Assembly: GCF_009914755.1 (NCBI RefSeq)
Contig: NC_060928.1
Origin: the human T2T-CHM13v2.0 reference genome, Homo sapiens
DNA: 64,000 nucleotides
Reading direction: 5' to 3' (one strand)
The translations under genes and the position numbers were made by a program. Under the pieces are notes generated by a model. It made no database searches. It was not told the origin of the DNA and worked only from the letters and a program-made list of their open reading frames with translations. Numbering within the stretch: the stretch's first letter is position 1; each line of letters starts with the position of its first letter. Of this stretch, positions 27,846-41,698 are shown one piece after another.

Positions 27846-28295
27846 CAGGTGGGGAGTTGAATAATGAAGGGACAGGTGGGATGGAGAGCACCTAGGACAG
27901 AGCTGTCTAAAGAGAGTGATAACAAATCACTAATATCTTTGTAAAGTCACATGGGGCCCAGGGCGCTGGGAGCATAGCCCTGGCAGAGTGCTTCCATGTG
28001 GGCCTCCACCCCTGTCAAGGACAGGGAGGTCTTCCAACAGGTAGGTAAGTTCCTGGCGTCATAGGTAGGGTATGCTGCAAGCAATGATTTTCAGTGTTTT
28101 TGGCCTATTGAGAGGTTTTTGATTCTGAACCAAGCATTCTCTCTAGAAGTAACATAAATGTCATCTTATAATGCTAAGATTGTACCAAGTGCAGTGTGTT
28201 TAGGTAAAAACTGGGGACCGACATAAAAGAACTCACAACTAAGGATCTTGTAAATATGTGTCATTGTGCTGCTTTGATGTTTCTCTCCCCCACAG

Positions 28296-28350
28296 AACAA
28301 TATGATACATCTTCAAAAACTCACTCAAATTCTCAGCAAGGAACGTCATC
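28296..28350 (+). CDS. AFF1: AFF1 exon (55 nt, 1/2) (K)QYDTSSKTHSNSQQGTS(S)
   Basis: cccacag|AACAAT...GTCATC|gtaagt; phase matches both neighbours. Confidence 0.94.
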
Positions 28351-28495
28351 GTAAGTGAAATGCTTTTTGTGTATTAAAATTTTGTAGTATGAAATTGTAA
28401 TGTCTCATGTCAATGCATTGCTTAGATTTTTCTGCCTTTATGTAATGACATTAATAAGACTGCTGCATTCTAAAGGGAAGAAAGGGCCCACATTA

Positions 28496-28824
<329 letters not shown>

Positions 28825-29679
28825 TGAAGGTCTATGTACCATTGGAGAGTTTGGTAAAAGGTCTTCTTGAGGGGGAAAAAGGGTTTTTGAGCCATTATTT
28901 ACATTTTAACTCTGGGAATAGAAGGCCTTTGCTTTTAAGATGTCATTCTTTAATAGCTTTAGCTGTTGGAAACAAGTTTTGGGGGATGTGCACAATTGAA
29001 GATTTTCCGCCCTTTTTTGGCCTAATTTACTAATAAAGAGCTAATCTTATTGCCCAGCTATTCTTTATTAAGGCCAGTAAGTCCAGAAATATTTTGGGTT
29101 ATTGGAACGTTTTAGACTGCATATTAAAGATTTTTAAATTGGCATTTTGACCCAATTTGTCATTTCTTGATGGTATTGAACTCTTACTACTTTACTTTCA
29201 TATGACAGGAGCTGGTCATAGGGACTAAGTGAGGAGGCCTTCCTCCAGTATCTGATCTGTCACTAACTCTGTGTTGCTAGTCTCAGGATTTCAGGTGGCC
29301 CAGGAGTTTAAGCTCCAACTTTCCTTTAGTTTTAGGCACAATATTTGTTCCATGTATTTTGGAAGGTGGGGATTGCTATGGATTATTTAAAAAACTATAT
29401 ATTGAGCTGGAGAGGTTATTTTATCTCCTCGCCATGACTAAATGTGGGTCTGGGTTAAGTGTTTGTTTCCCAAGTGCCAATTCCTTAATGTACTTTGTGA
29501 AATGAAGGGAAAAGGAACAAGAAGACGAGGTGTTTTTGTTTTTTTGGTCTGAAAGATGGGTTTTGTGCATGTGGTAAGAATGTATTTTATTTGTGATACT
29601 GGTAGATGATGAGGTTTTTGTTTTTGTTGTTTTTAATGCCTTTTGCTGGGAAAGTAAAATGTTACCTTTTGTTATTCCC

Positions 29680-30280
29680 TTTTTTTTTTTTTTTTTTTTG
29701 GAGACAGGGTCTTGCTCTGTCACCCAGGCTGGAGTACAGAGGACTACAGACTACAGGGACACACCCGGCTTTTTTTTTTTTTTTTTTTTTGGTAGAGGTG
29801 GGGTCTCCCTTTGTTGCCCAGGCTGGTCTCCAAGTCCTGGGCTAAAGCAGTTCTCCTGCCTCAGCCTCCCAAAGTGCTGAGATTACAGATGTGAGCTTCC
29901 ACACTTAGCCTCTTTTTTTCTTTTTCTTTTTCTTTTTGGAGACAAGGTTGCTTTGTTGCCTAGGTTGGAGTGCAGTGGCTCTTCACAAACCCAAATAGCA
30001 CACTGCAGCCTCAAACTTCTGGGCTCAAATAATTCTTTACCTCAGCCTCCTGAGTAGCTAGGACTACAGGCACAGGCTACTATGATGCCCGGCTCCCCTT
30101 CCCTTTTGCCTTTCACCTTTTCTTTTTTTCCTTTTTAATTTTTACATATTTATGTTTTAACATATTTTTAGAGACAGGGTCTCACTATGTTGCCCAGGCT
30201 TGTCTTAAAACTGCTGGGCTCAAGTGATCCTCCTGCCGCAGCTTCCTGAGTAACTGGATTACCAGCACACACCACCACAC
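29680..30280 (-). mobile_element. Cluster of AluJ/monomer fragments
   Basis: Several T-runs, each followed by a diverged Alu arm. Confidence 0.8.
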
Positions 30281-32789
30281 TTCCTTTATGTTTTTGGAAA
30301 TTTTACTGGCTGCTAAATTCTAAGACTGTAGACTCACTGACATGGATTACATTTAAGGAAGGAGGAGGTTTGTTAAACCAGTTGATGGCTGGTAAGGAGT
30401 AGAATCTGCAGATCAAGGACCACAACTGTAAGAATTCTGTAGAAGCTCTGTAATCTCCCCAGGGTTTTACACCAGGTATTTCTTTGTGATGGTTGGTTGT
30501 CAAGCCCTGTAGACCATAAAAGGCCCTGACCATTGTCTTTGGGGCAGCCAGGAAGGGACGTTAAAGCCTGGGTATCCCAACTGACTGTAAGCATAGAGGG
30601 GAGGAGCTCTCCCAGGAGTAGAGTGGGTGGAGCAGTTGCACCGAAGTTGGGTAGTGACTGTGTCTCTCGCCTGTGGATAGAGGAAGAAAGGCAGCTGGGT
30701 CTGATCTACGCCTGAGAGGTAGCCTCAGACTGAGCAGGCAAAAGTCACACCCTACCACTCCAATTTCCATCAGCTTTCAGACTTTCAGAGACAGACCATT
30801 CCTGTGATGACACTGCTCAGTGAAATGAGTGGTTTTCTTGATAGCAGTGTTAAACCACTCAAATCAGAGGTGCCTGAAAGTAGCTAACAAGTATATCTTG
30901 TGACACGTAGTGTTTGCTTTATAAAAACTATTAATTTAGTACATATAAAATTATCTAGGAAAGAATATTTGTGATGATCCTAATAGATTTACAGAAGGTA
31001 GAAGTAGGACCTAGTGGAAGGGAGGAGAGGTAAGAGTAACACAGAAGAGAAGTGATACTGAGGCCGAGTAGATAATGAGGGTTGTGTGGACTTGGTGATT
31101 ATGTGGGGGGTAGACGTGGTGGTATTGATAAGTGCCAGAATGAAATGTATCCTTGGGAAAAAGGAATGACTTTTATGAACTCACTTTTAATGGAGATTAG
31201 AAGAAAGTGGTGTCCCAGATTAATTGGCAAATTGCAGTTGTTTCAGATTTTGTGTGGCAAATCTCTTAGTGCTCGCGGGTTGATTTGATCTATTGTCAGC
31301 ATTAGGCTTCTTTGACATGCAGTTAAGCTATTTGAGTGGCACATAGAGTGCTGGGGAGATATTCTAATGCATTTTGAATATCAGAAAAAAATTATTAATT
31401 GCAGGGTCATTTACACTTTGATTTAAAAAACCAATCTAGGTCTTAATGCTTTTTCTTTCAGAGTTATGAGGACTTGGGAATCCTTAGACAAGTGGAATAG
31501 GACATATAAGAGTATAAAAGAGAGGCCCAGTAGTAAAGGATAAGCTTGCGAGTGGTCTGTATTAACTCAGATATGGTTAGGGGGTAGCAACGTGGTAGAA
31601 GGATGTAGTTGTGAAATTAAATGTAATGGTTCAGCATGTAGTTTGAGATGTAGTTATTTCTCAAATAATTCCTTCTGTAAAGTTCTGTAGGTAACTGATT
31701 AGCTAGGATGTTAGTGCAATTTGCCCCTAAGTTTAAGAGAGAGTGTATTTGTTTAAGGGCTCTTGGTTTTGGAATCCTCTTCCTTTCCAAGGCTTAGATC
31801 TGTGAAGTGCTGAGGACAAAGTATAAAGTATTTCCTTTTTCTGTACAGTAACTGTGACCTTCATATAATTGTGGACAATTCTTTTTCTGTGCAGCCAGAT
31901 TTAGTTTACTGGTGTCAGTGCATTTGTCAGCCTCTGAAAGAGGACAAAAATGTTAATATTTTAGAAACTAAAAAAGCAATTTATTTGTATATTCTAGCTA
32001 ACTTGTTTCTTCCCCTACCCCAAAATTGCCAAGTCCTTACAAAAAGGTGCCCTCCATTATTTTTCTTGTTTTTGGCCTCTGAAATCAACACTTACTTAAA
32101 ATAAGAGACAGAAATTAGTCATTATAGCAATTTGAAATATTTATTACTTATGTGGAAGGTTTCTTTTGAAGTGAGGGAGATATCTGGATGTGAAGGCTGA
32201 GATTGGGATTGTCCCTCGAGTTGGATGAGAAAGACTGTTGCCAAGTTAGTAAAGACTGGGGTGAGTCTGATACCTTTTCAAATGAGCCCGAGTTTTCAAC
32301 TTTTACTCAAAACATTGTTGGCTTTTAAATATTTTGGTAAAGAGCAAGGGAAGACTCATTCTGTTTATTGTAATATAAAATTGTCACATCAGGATGTAAG
32401 TAGTGTCAGCTGAAATGTTCTAGAATTAAGTCCAAAGACATGCTTTACTTGTAGCATATTTAAATCATGCTTAGCCTAAGGAAATTAAATTTTTCCTTGT
32501 TTTCAAATATTAGCTTATACCGTTTGAACCTGGATATTTCAATGGCAGGTCTAACTGAGAGTACAATTTGCTGATAAATATTATGGAAGTGGTAGAAATC
32601 TGCCCCATGTGTAAAGCTTAGAACTTGACATTGAAGTAATATCTACATCCCTTATTCACAGTTCTTCCGCTTCCCAAAAACAAGGAACAAACATTTGTGC
32701 TGGTTATTTGTACATTTGTAGATCTGCATTAAGCCTTCACCATCATAGAACATTTATTAAAATGTTTTTCACTAAGTGTTGATCTCACT

Positions 32790-33087
32790 TTTTATTTTCC
32801 TTTTTTGAGACAGGGTCTCATTCTGTCACCCAGGCTGGAGTGCAGTGGGGTGACCTCGGTTACTGCAACCTCCACCTTCTGGGTTCAAGCAATCCTCCCA
32901 CCTTAGCCTCTCGAGTAGCTGGGACTATAGGCACACACCACCATACCTGGCTAATTTTTGTATTTTTAGTAGAGACGGGGTTTCGCCGTTTGGCCCAGGC
33001 TTGTCTTGAACTCCTGGACTCAGGCAGTCTGCCCACCTTGGCCTCCCAAAGTGCTTGGATTACAGGCGTGAGCCACTGTGCCCGGCC
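32790..33087 (-). mobile_element. AluJ
   Basis: gagacagggtctcattctgtcacccagg...gagccactgtgcccggcc. Confidence 0.88.
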
Positions 33088-34678
33088 CCCACATGCTGTG
33101 TGCTTGGTGCTGCTTTAGGTACTTGGAGAAACTGTGGTCAATAAGACAAAATATTTTGTAACAAACTGTAGGTGGCATATAATACAGAGCAAGGGATGTG
33201 ACAGTGACAGGGTTGAGAGGAATTCTTTGGATAGTAGTTACACTTCAGGGAAAAGAGGGGTCCAGAAAGGTCTCCCAGAGAGGGTGACATTTGATAAGAG
33301 AAAGGCAGAGACTATTTGCCACCTTGAAAGGGGCTTGACAGATTATGCTGTAGGCTTTGAAAGCTTTTGAAAACCTGAGGGAGTCTTTTTTTAAGTGATT
33401 ACTTTGAAAGAGCTCATTTGCATATATAAAACCTGGATTTGGGGAGCCCTTAAGGGTCCCTTTAAGTGTCATTTTACATCATAACTGCTAATTTACTACA
33501 ATAAGTGACCCTAGGCTAATTTAAACGTAGATTGAAAGATTGAATAAAATATATTTTAATTTGCTAGGAATCTTAGCCTTAAGGGTAGTTAGTGTATTTT
33601 ACCCTCTCTGTGGGATGCTGGGCTGTTAAACCAACAAGGTGTGGTCCACTTTCACAAGCATATTAACATTCCTGCCTCCTAGCAAGGGCCTCCAAGAACC
33701 TCCATAACCTATCCCCTACCACGGCCAGTCCCTGACACACATGTCCATTTTCCATTCTGGCAGGCTTGGCCTCCCTGCTCTTTTTGGTGTTGTGATGACT
33801 CTCCCCACAAGACTTGCATTGTGCTCTCTCCCTCCTTTCAGCTGTGACCTGGGGTGGCCTTTATCAGTAGTTTTCCCTAACTACCCTGTATAAAAGAGTG
33901 ACCTCTAGCCATCCTTTCTCTTTTATCCTTTTCCCTCCACAAGCTTGTTACCCATTGAGAAATGGTGTATTTTAGTTGTCTTCCTCCTCTAGACTAGCGG
34001 GGATATTTTTCGGCTCAGAGTTGTAGCCATAGGGTCTAGAGCAGTGCCTGGCACATAGTAAGTGCTCAGAATAAATGCAGAAGGAAAGATTCTACACGAT
34101 AAACTTGATTGAATACCTATATACAGTATTTAATAGACATGGTTTAGAGTAATATTTTAGATTTTGTTTCTGTTAAAAGTATATCATTCTTTTACCTTGT
34201 CATACTTACTGATTTAATCTACTGATTTAACTTCAGATTTTCCCTCATTTACACTCTTGTGATTTTTCTCATTTCCTTATTTGACATCAGATAATCTTCA
34301 CTTCGTCCATGGAGTTTAAATAATCTTTTATAACTCCAGCACCATTTTTATCATATCAACCATTAACCTCTTTCACTAGAGTTAATCATGTAGAGTCAGT
34401 TTCCCCTCTATCTTGTTACCCCATAATTCCTGTGGAAAGTTTCCCGTGAACTTGAATTCTGCCTTCTAACTATTGTCACCATTTGGAGATTTCCTATTAT
34501 ATGTTGTGTCACAACTGCTGGAGATCTACCTTTTCACTTTTTCATCTCTTCTTCGTTTAGCCTGCTTCGTAATTTGTAACCTCCCACCATCTCTTAGAAT
34601 GCACGGGCAGTCCTTATTTCTGGCATACATCAAGAAAGGAATCAGAGCCTGATTGCTTTGAAAATGCCAGGATTCTAC

Positions 34679-34976
34679 GGCCAGGCTCACACCTGTAATC
34701 CCAACACTTTGGGAGGCTGAAATGAGAGGACTGCTTGAGCCTGGGAGTTTGAGACCAGCCTGTGCATATAGTAAGACCTCGTCTCTACAAAAGATTTCTT
34801 TAAAAAATTGCCAAGCATGGTGGCACAAACCTTTGGTCCCAGCTACTCAGGAGGCTTAAGTAGGAGGGTCACTTGAACCTGGACGGCGAAGAGTTTGCAG
34901 TGAGCCATAATGGTGCCACTGCACTCCAGCATGGGTGACAGAGTGAGACCTTGTCTGAAAAAGAAAAAAAAAAAAA
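34679..34976 (+). mobile_element. AluJ
   Basis: Diverged full dimer with A tail. Confidence 0.85.
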
Positions 34977-37506
34977 TCCTGGGATTCTGGATGTGCTCTG
35001 GAGCCCAGCCTCTTTCTCCTGCCTTGTGTGCCATTGCCCATCCTATCCCCGGATCAGTTTCAGATTTGTGAGATTCTATAAGTTTACACATTCTCACATA
35101 CTTGTTAGTGGTTCCCGAAAAGTGTTACTTTTCTTATTATTTTTAGCACACCTGATACCATGGCTGTGACTTACTAATTTTAAGTAACTACTATGAGCAC
35201 TTACTCTTTCTCAAAGTGATCTTAAGAAATGTTAAGCCAAGAAATAAGGTTATGTAAATACTTTTTGGGTCTGAATTGAGATGTTACAAAATATTGGCAG
35301 TGAAAGCTTTGGGCAAGCCCAGTACTAAGAAATGGAAAATAAATGGCGACTTGTCTTTATGTCTTCACACAGTAGCAATCGGGTTGACTCACTGCAGCGT
35401 GTCTGCCAGAACCTGTATGTGGCTCTTTAAGCTTTGCTAGAACAGCTGCCTGAAAAATGCAGTTGTACAAAGGGTTTTGAGAATTGTTTGTTACCTGTAA
35501 GCAAAAAGTTTACCTAACCAAATGTAAAATGTGATTAAATCTACATGTAAAGAGTTGCTTTACCTGAGCGATTTGGCTTCTTTTGAACAGTGTCAAAGTA
35601 GGTAATACGGTTGTATATGTTTTGAAATAACTGCCTTGACTTGGCATTTGGAAATGAAACTTGTTATTTGACCAGTTAAAGTATATAAGGTTTAAAAGTT
35701 AATTTGTCTTCATAAGGGAAACATAACATATTGAGTTCCAATAGGAAAGTAGTTTTATTTTAAATCAAAGTCTCTCTCTTGGTGGGTTCTGGAATTTAGA
35801 TTTAATTCCATCAGTTGGGTTTTCTAACCATTGTGTAATACATTGGCCAGAACAAGGGGATCTTGGGCATGTCAGGTGGCTGTTTTCCTCATCCTTAGAA
35901 TGTGAAGGGATGGTCAAAAGCCACCACACAGGATTGTAATGATAAGCAGTGTCTGTTCTGATCACATAGTGGGCACAGCTACATGATACTGTTATTCAAC
36001 AAAGGGGTCCTATTCATTCAGCCTGCTGTTTTAGGATACCTACCAGTTTCTAGACAGAATATAAAAGGTGAAAATGATTTGATCCTAATTAAAAAAAAAC
36101 TTATAGGTGAGAAAGAAGAAGCATATCCATTGAGCTTTCTGTTCTCTTGACCTAGGCTTTATTGCCGTGACTGAGACTGGGTCTAAGAGATTTGGATTCT
36201 CTTGTCATGGGGACAGAGGTGCTCACCCAGGTGTGCTGTAGTTCATCTCCTCATTTTTCACATTCAACGACTGATTCTTCACATATAGTATGTGCTTGGC
36301 TTCAAATACAGTTTGTGGGACAGGCAGAGGACCTTAGCCTCTTAAATTTAAAAGAAATTTAAATTCCTTTAAAATTTGTCCTTAGGCCTAAAAATCCTTC
36401 ACCTGTCATCAAACTGTCTTCAGCTACATAGATTTTCTGTTTAAAAAAAATTCTAATGGCATTCATGATTAATTTTCTATATTAGCATAACTTAGTTATG
36501 ACTTGTAACTTAAAAAAAGTAGATGTTGTACATGTTTTTTAATCAAAAACTTTAGAAAAAAATTTTTTTCTTGCTGCCATTTTCTCCTCCAATAATAGCA
36601 TGCTAGTTTACGTTGAGATACCCACCTCTGGTGATACAGTAAATCAGGCTTTCTGGAATAGTTTGTGGTTACTCTTGGCTGTGCCAGCAGACACTAGTAA
36701 TACACATATCTGCTGATTCTCATGTGAGATATGTTTATTCTTTATCAAATAAATTATACTCACAAATTTTTATTAAGTAAAATACTTTATGTATAAATCC
36801 CAATACATCCCAAATGAGGGAGGAGAGGTTTTGTTTGACCATACTGGTTTATCATTTCTGAGTGTTTCTTTGGAGACAGCTTTTGCAATCTTCCTTCAGA
36901 GATCACAGTCCGTACTCTTTAGGTTTGGAATAGGTTTTGTATCTGTAGGCTTATTTTGTTACTATCTGTGTAATTCTCTGCAGGGAAAATTTTTAGAATC
37001 TGGGACAGCATTTTCATGGTGCCTGTTTATCCTGAAGAGGAAGTGGAGCCAAAAGTCAGAACTTTCTCTAACTTTCTGACTTACTTTAGGAGAGTATATT
37101 CTTGGAAGTTAGATGTTTGGTAGCTAGAAGAGAAAGTTACAGAATTTTTAATCCTGTGCTCAAAACAGGAAATGTGGTTGGATTACATGATCATTGATGT
37201 TACAGGAATTAAGGCAAATCAGTTTTATTCAAAACAAACCTAGTAACTAAGAAAGAGGTCAGTTTTTTGTTTTGTTGTGGTTGGTGACTAATGCTGAATA
37301 CACTTTGCCAGATTTTTTTCTGGTTGTATTATACTTTACATTTATTTCAAAGATACATCTTTTATCTTTTGTTTGTGTATAACTCAGCCCAGCCACCATT
37401 TAGCAATAAACCTGTTGAGTGACTTTTTTTGTATACCATTACGTTGCTAACTGACAAGTCCTATGACTGAAGGCTATATTTTCTAGCCTTGAAAAAATAT
37501 GAATTT

Positions 37507-37788
37507 AGCTGTGCAGGGTGGCTCACGCCTGTAACCCCAGCAGTTTAGGAGGCTGAGGTGGGCAGACCACTTGAACCCGGAGCTCTAGACCAGCCTAGGC
37601 AGCATAGTAAGACCTCATCTCTACAAAAACACAAAAATTAGCCGGGCATGGTGGCCTGTGCCTGTAGTCCCAACTATTCGGGAGGCTGAGGCAAGAGGAT
37701 TGCCTGAGCCCAGGAGGCAGAGGTTGCAGTAAGCCAAGATCACACCTGGGTAACAGAGTGAGACCCTGTCTCAAAAAGAAATAAAAAT
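37507..37788 (+). mobile_element. AluJ with small internal deletion
   Basis: aaaatatgaattt on both flanks. Confidence 0.85.
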
Positions 37789-39009
37789 ATGAATTTAGCT
37801 TCTGTTAGATAAATATTGAGCAAGATCTACATTTACAAGTTGCTAACAGTTTTCATTTTATTTAGAAACTTATCCCAGTATGTTTTTAGTACATTTATGA
37901 AAGTTGTTTCTTGGCAGAATTACCACCTCATGTAGGCGGTCATTTACGAAACAGCCAAGTTTCGTTCATTTTCATTAGAAAACATAGTGATTTTTACCAG
38001 GATTTCCAAAGACACCATGCCTGCTTTCTTCAGTGGTAGATATGGCTTTGCAGTAAAAATTGTTGATCAGATTTTTGAATAGGTGTTTTTGGAAATACTG
38101 AAGGATTTTAACCTCAAATAATTTGCCGGTGGAGTTTTTAAAATTTGACAACACATGTACAGATTGACAAATGTTTGCTTTTTACTATTTAGGTTCACCA
38201 TAAGCCAGAATGCCTACAGATACATTAATCCAAGTTTGAGGAAATTTTTTTTTTTTTCCTCACTGAAACAATAGCAATAAGGTTAAACATAATGTGTAGA
38301 CAATCGAGTTTGTATTACTGTTCTTCCCATTGATCAGTGTTCACATAGGCAAAAGAGAATAATTTATTGTCAAAAATAAAGCTCACTATTAATAATGTCC
38401 TTTAGACAGAAATGTAAAGTAACTGCACTGTTGGGTGATGTTTGCCTTGATAGCATCATACATCTTACTGTGTATTTAATTCTAATGTTGAACTTTTTAT
38501 GTGCCTGGCACTGTTCTGAGTGCTTTACAAATATTCATTCATTCAACTTTAATTCATTTAATGGCTAACTACTTTAGTTCAGTTAGAGCTTATGGAAGAA
38601 AGTAATTGAGTATATTATGTATCCCTCCCCATTTGTTTTGTTTGCATGGACCCTGACTTCACTGATTAGGAGTGAAGGACTTTAGTCTCAGGGCTCGCAA
38701 CGAATCCTTGTCTTGTGGTAGTTCTGCTTCAGTGTTGTAGCATGTGAAAGAGTCTGTTTTGAGATGGTAAGAGGCTTGCACTTAACTGGTTTCTGTGTTA
38801 TAATTGTATAATTATAATTGTATTCGTACATTGTAATTGTATAATTGTAAAACTTAACATTTTCAGGAAGTCACAGCCTTTAATAAATAAAGAAAACTTA
38901 CACATATCCTCTCTCTTTGTTTAATTAGGCATATTTTCTATTTACATGCTAGAAAAGTTGTTAGAAATCATTTCACATTCATTCTTCTCTGTGTCCCTGC
39001 CCATTCCAG

Positions 39010-39064
39010 CATGCTCGAAGACGACCTTCAGCTCAGTGACAGTGAGGACAGTGACAGTGAACAA
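39010..39064 (+). CDS. AFF1: AFF1 exon (55 nt, 2/0) (S)MLEDDLQLSDSEDSDSEQ; DLXLS motif of the pSer domain
   Basis: ttccag|CATGCT...GAACAA|gtaagt. Confidence 0.95.
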
Positions 39065-39189
39065 GTAAGTGTTGCACAGCCTGTAATACCAGGAGTCCTT
39101 TTAAATACATCTAACAGATCTGAGCTGCTTGTTCTAACCTGTTTTTTGTTCTTTTCCTGGTCTTTCTTCCCCTTATTGTGAATGCCTAG

Positions 39190-39227
39190 ACCCCAGAGAA
39201 GCCTCCCTCCTCATCTGCACCTCCAAG
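39190..39227 (+). CDS. AFF1: AFF1 exon (38 nt, 0/2) TPEKPPSSSAPP(S)
   Basis: gcctag|ACCCCA...TCCAAG|gtaccg; follows a 125-nt intron. Confidence 0.92.
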
Positions 39228-39482
39228 GTACCGTGTGGGTTTCTCCCCATCTGTACAGAATGTTTGCAATTTTTTACCAAATGGGAAAAATAAAGCCTTA
39301 TTTAGTACTTTCACATTTTTTGTCATGGGAAGGAGCTGAAGGATCACAGTAAAAGGAAAGTACCTGTTTAATATTTTGGAAGCTTAAATCAGCCATAGGG
39401 AGGTTGTTAACCCTATAGAAGCGAGAGCCCCACACTCATCTACATCATCAGTATAGATGTTAAAGATTTTTAAGAGTTTACA

Positions 39483-39893
<411 letters not shown>

Positions 39894-41049
39894 TCAGTTA
39901 TTTCCAGAACTTCTTTTCCATTATGCCTGTTTTCTTAGTTACATGAATTTTCATATTGTTTCAGCTGCTTTTCAAAATGACCAGCAGTACATTTTAGTGT
40001 GATGGGAAATGGAATAAGCCAGCCATACTTTAGGAAATGTGATGATTTAATTTTTGAAAATATGAACTATTTGAACTTCTTTTATAATACTTTCCTCTGG
40101 TAATATGCCAGGTACCTGCCTTTCATGGACAAAGTTATTTTACTCACTTGAGATGTGCTCATCCACTCAGAGACGACATTAGCAATAAAATCTTGTCCAT
40201 TATGCAGGGGATGTTACAGTTAATGTGGAGGAAGCCCATGTGATTATGTGCACTCTTACAGATTCATAAGGTTTGCTTGTTCAATTATATCTTATTTTGT
40301 TCAGTAATTTCTGGTGGGTTATGATGACTCATAAAACATGACAAGGTAGCCTAACTTCTAAAAGTGGAGGAAAAGGAAAAAGAAGAGACCAAGCGGGGGT
40401 ACAAATTTGAGGCAGGAGTAACATTGAGAGTGTATCCCCTTTTGCTCATCACTGGCTTACGCTCTTCAGCTGCCAGTGGAGACAGGGCCACCAACTGGGT
40501 GCAGCATTTCTGTGAGGAAATTATATAGTGGTATCGTGTGTGTTTTAAAGTTACCTCAACTAGTGATTTTGTTATTGTTTAATAATTTTTATTCTAATAT
40601 GTGTTATTTATGAATCTATTTTGAAAATATTTTAGGTAGATTTGAAATCTGTCCAGATTATAGTTAATGACTTATTGCTTTAATTAATACCATCTAGGGT
40701 GAAGCTTTAAGATTATATATGCTTTGAAATTATATATGTGTCTAGCAGTGTGATCAATGTGTTTTCTCACTAACTTAGATTTATTGCCCCATTCTTAAAA
40801 TTTGGAGTAGATAATCTCTACTTTGTCTGACATTTGGGGATGATCCCTAAGCCACTTACGAAGAATGGTCCGTTTTGTAGTTCTTCCAGGAAGTGTGAGT
40901 GGTTGGTTACTTTTGAGTTCACCTTGCAAAGGAACACCATTTATATTTAGTGGTCTTTGGCTACCACCCAGTTCTTGTTTAGAGAATATAGGGAGATTTT
41001 AACTTACTGGCTTTTCTTACAGAAATTAATTTGATTTGGTTATGTGTAA

Positions 41050-41253
41050 CAGAGACCAGCAAACTTAAAAGGATCAGATAGTAAATATTTTAGGCTTTGT
41101 GGGCCATATATGTCTCTATTGCAGCTGTTCAAATCTGCCATTGCAGCATAAAAGCAAACATAGTACATTAAAAAAATGGGTATGGGTGTCTTCCAATAAG
41201 ACTTTATTTAGAAAAGCAGGCAGCCAGCCTAGGCAATGGTTTACCAACCCTTG
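41050..41253. mobile_element. MER58-like hAT-Charlie fossil (opposite orientation to the 25.9-kb copy)
   Basis: cagatagtaaatattttaggctttgtgggcca...ttccaataagactttattta. Confidence 0.75.
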
Positions 41254-41541
41254 ATATGAAGCACCCAGCATCTAACTTAAATTTTGGATCACTTGACATA
41301 TTCTTCAGGAGTAAAATTTCACAGGCTTCTCTTTTATGCATTTATCTGGCAATCAGTTTTCAGAGGTTTTTGCTTTTCTATTAAACTACTTTGGGCCTCT
41401 CTCAGTTGGATGACATGATAGTTTAGCAGTGTATCTAATACCAAGGCCCGCCCTTTTGAGTAGCAGGAAAATGGGCAAGGGAGAAAGAAGAAATCCACCT
41501 TGTATCGTGCCTTCTAATTTTATCTTTTGGTTGCTTTGCAG

Positions 41542-41698
41542 TGCTCCACAGTCCCTTCCAGAACCAGTGGCATCAGCACATTCCAGCAGTGCAGAGTCAG
41601 AAAGCACCAGTGACTCAGACAGTTCCTCAGACTCAGAGAGCGAGAGCAGTTCAAGTGACAGCGAAGAAAATGAGCCCCTAGAAACCCCAGCTCCGGAG
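41542..41698 (+). CDS. AFF1: AFF1 exon (157 nt, 2/0) (S)APQSLPEPVASAHSSSAESESTSDSDSSSDSESESSSSDSEENEPLETPAPE; Ser/Asp/Glu-rich pSer region
   Basis: tttgcag|TGCTCC...CCGGAG|gtaccg; inside ORF 41429..41731. Confidence 0.95.
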
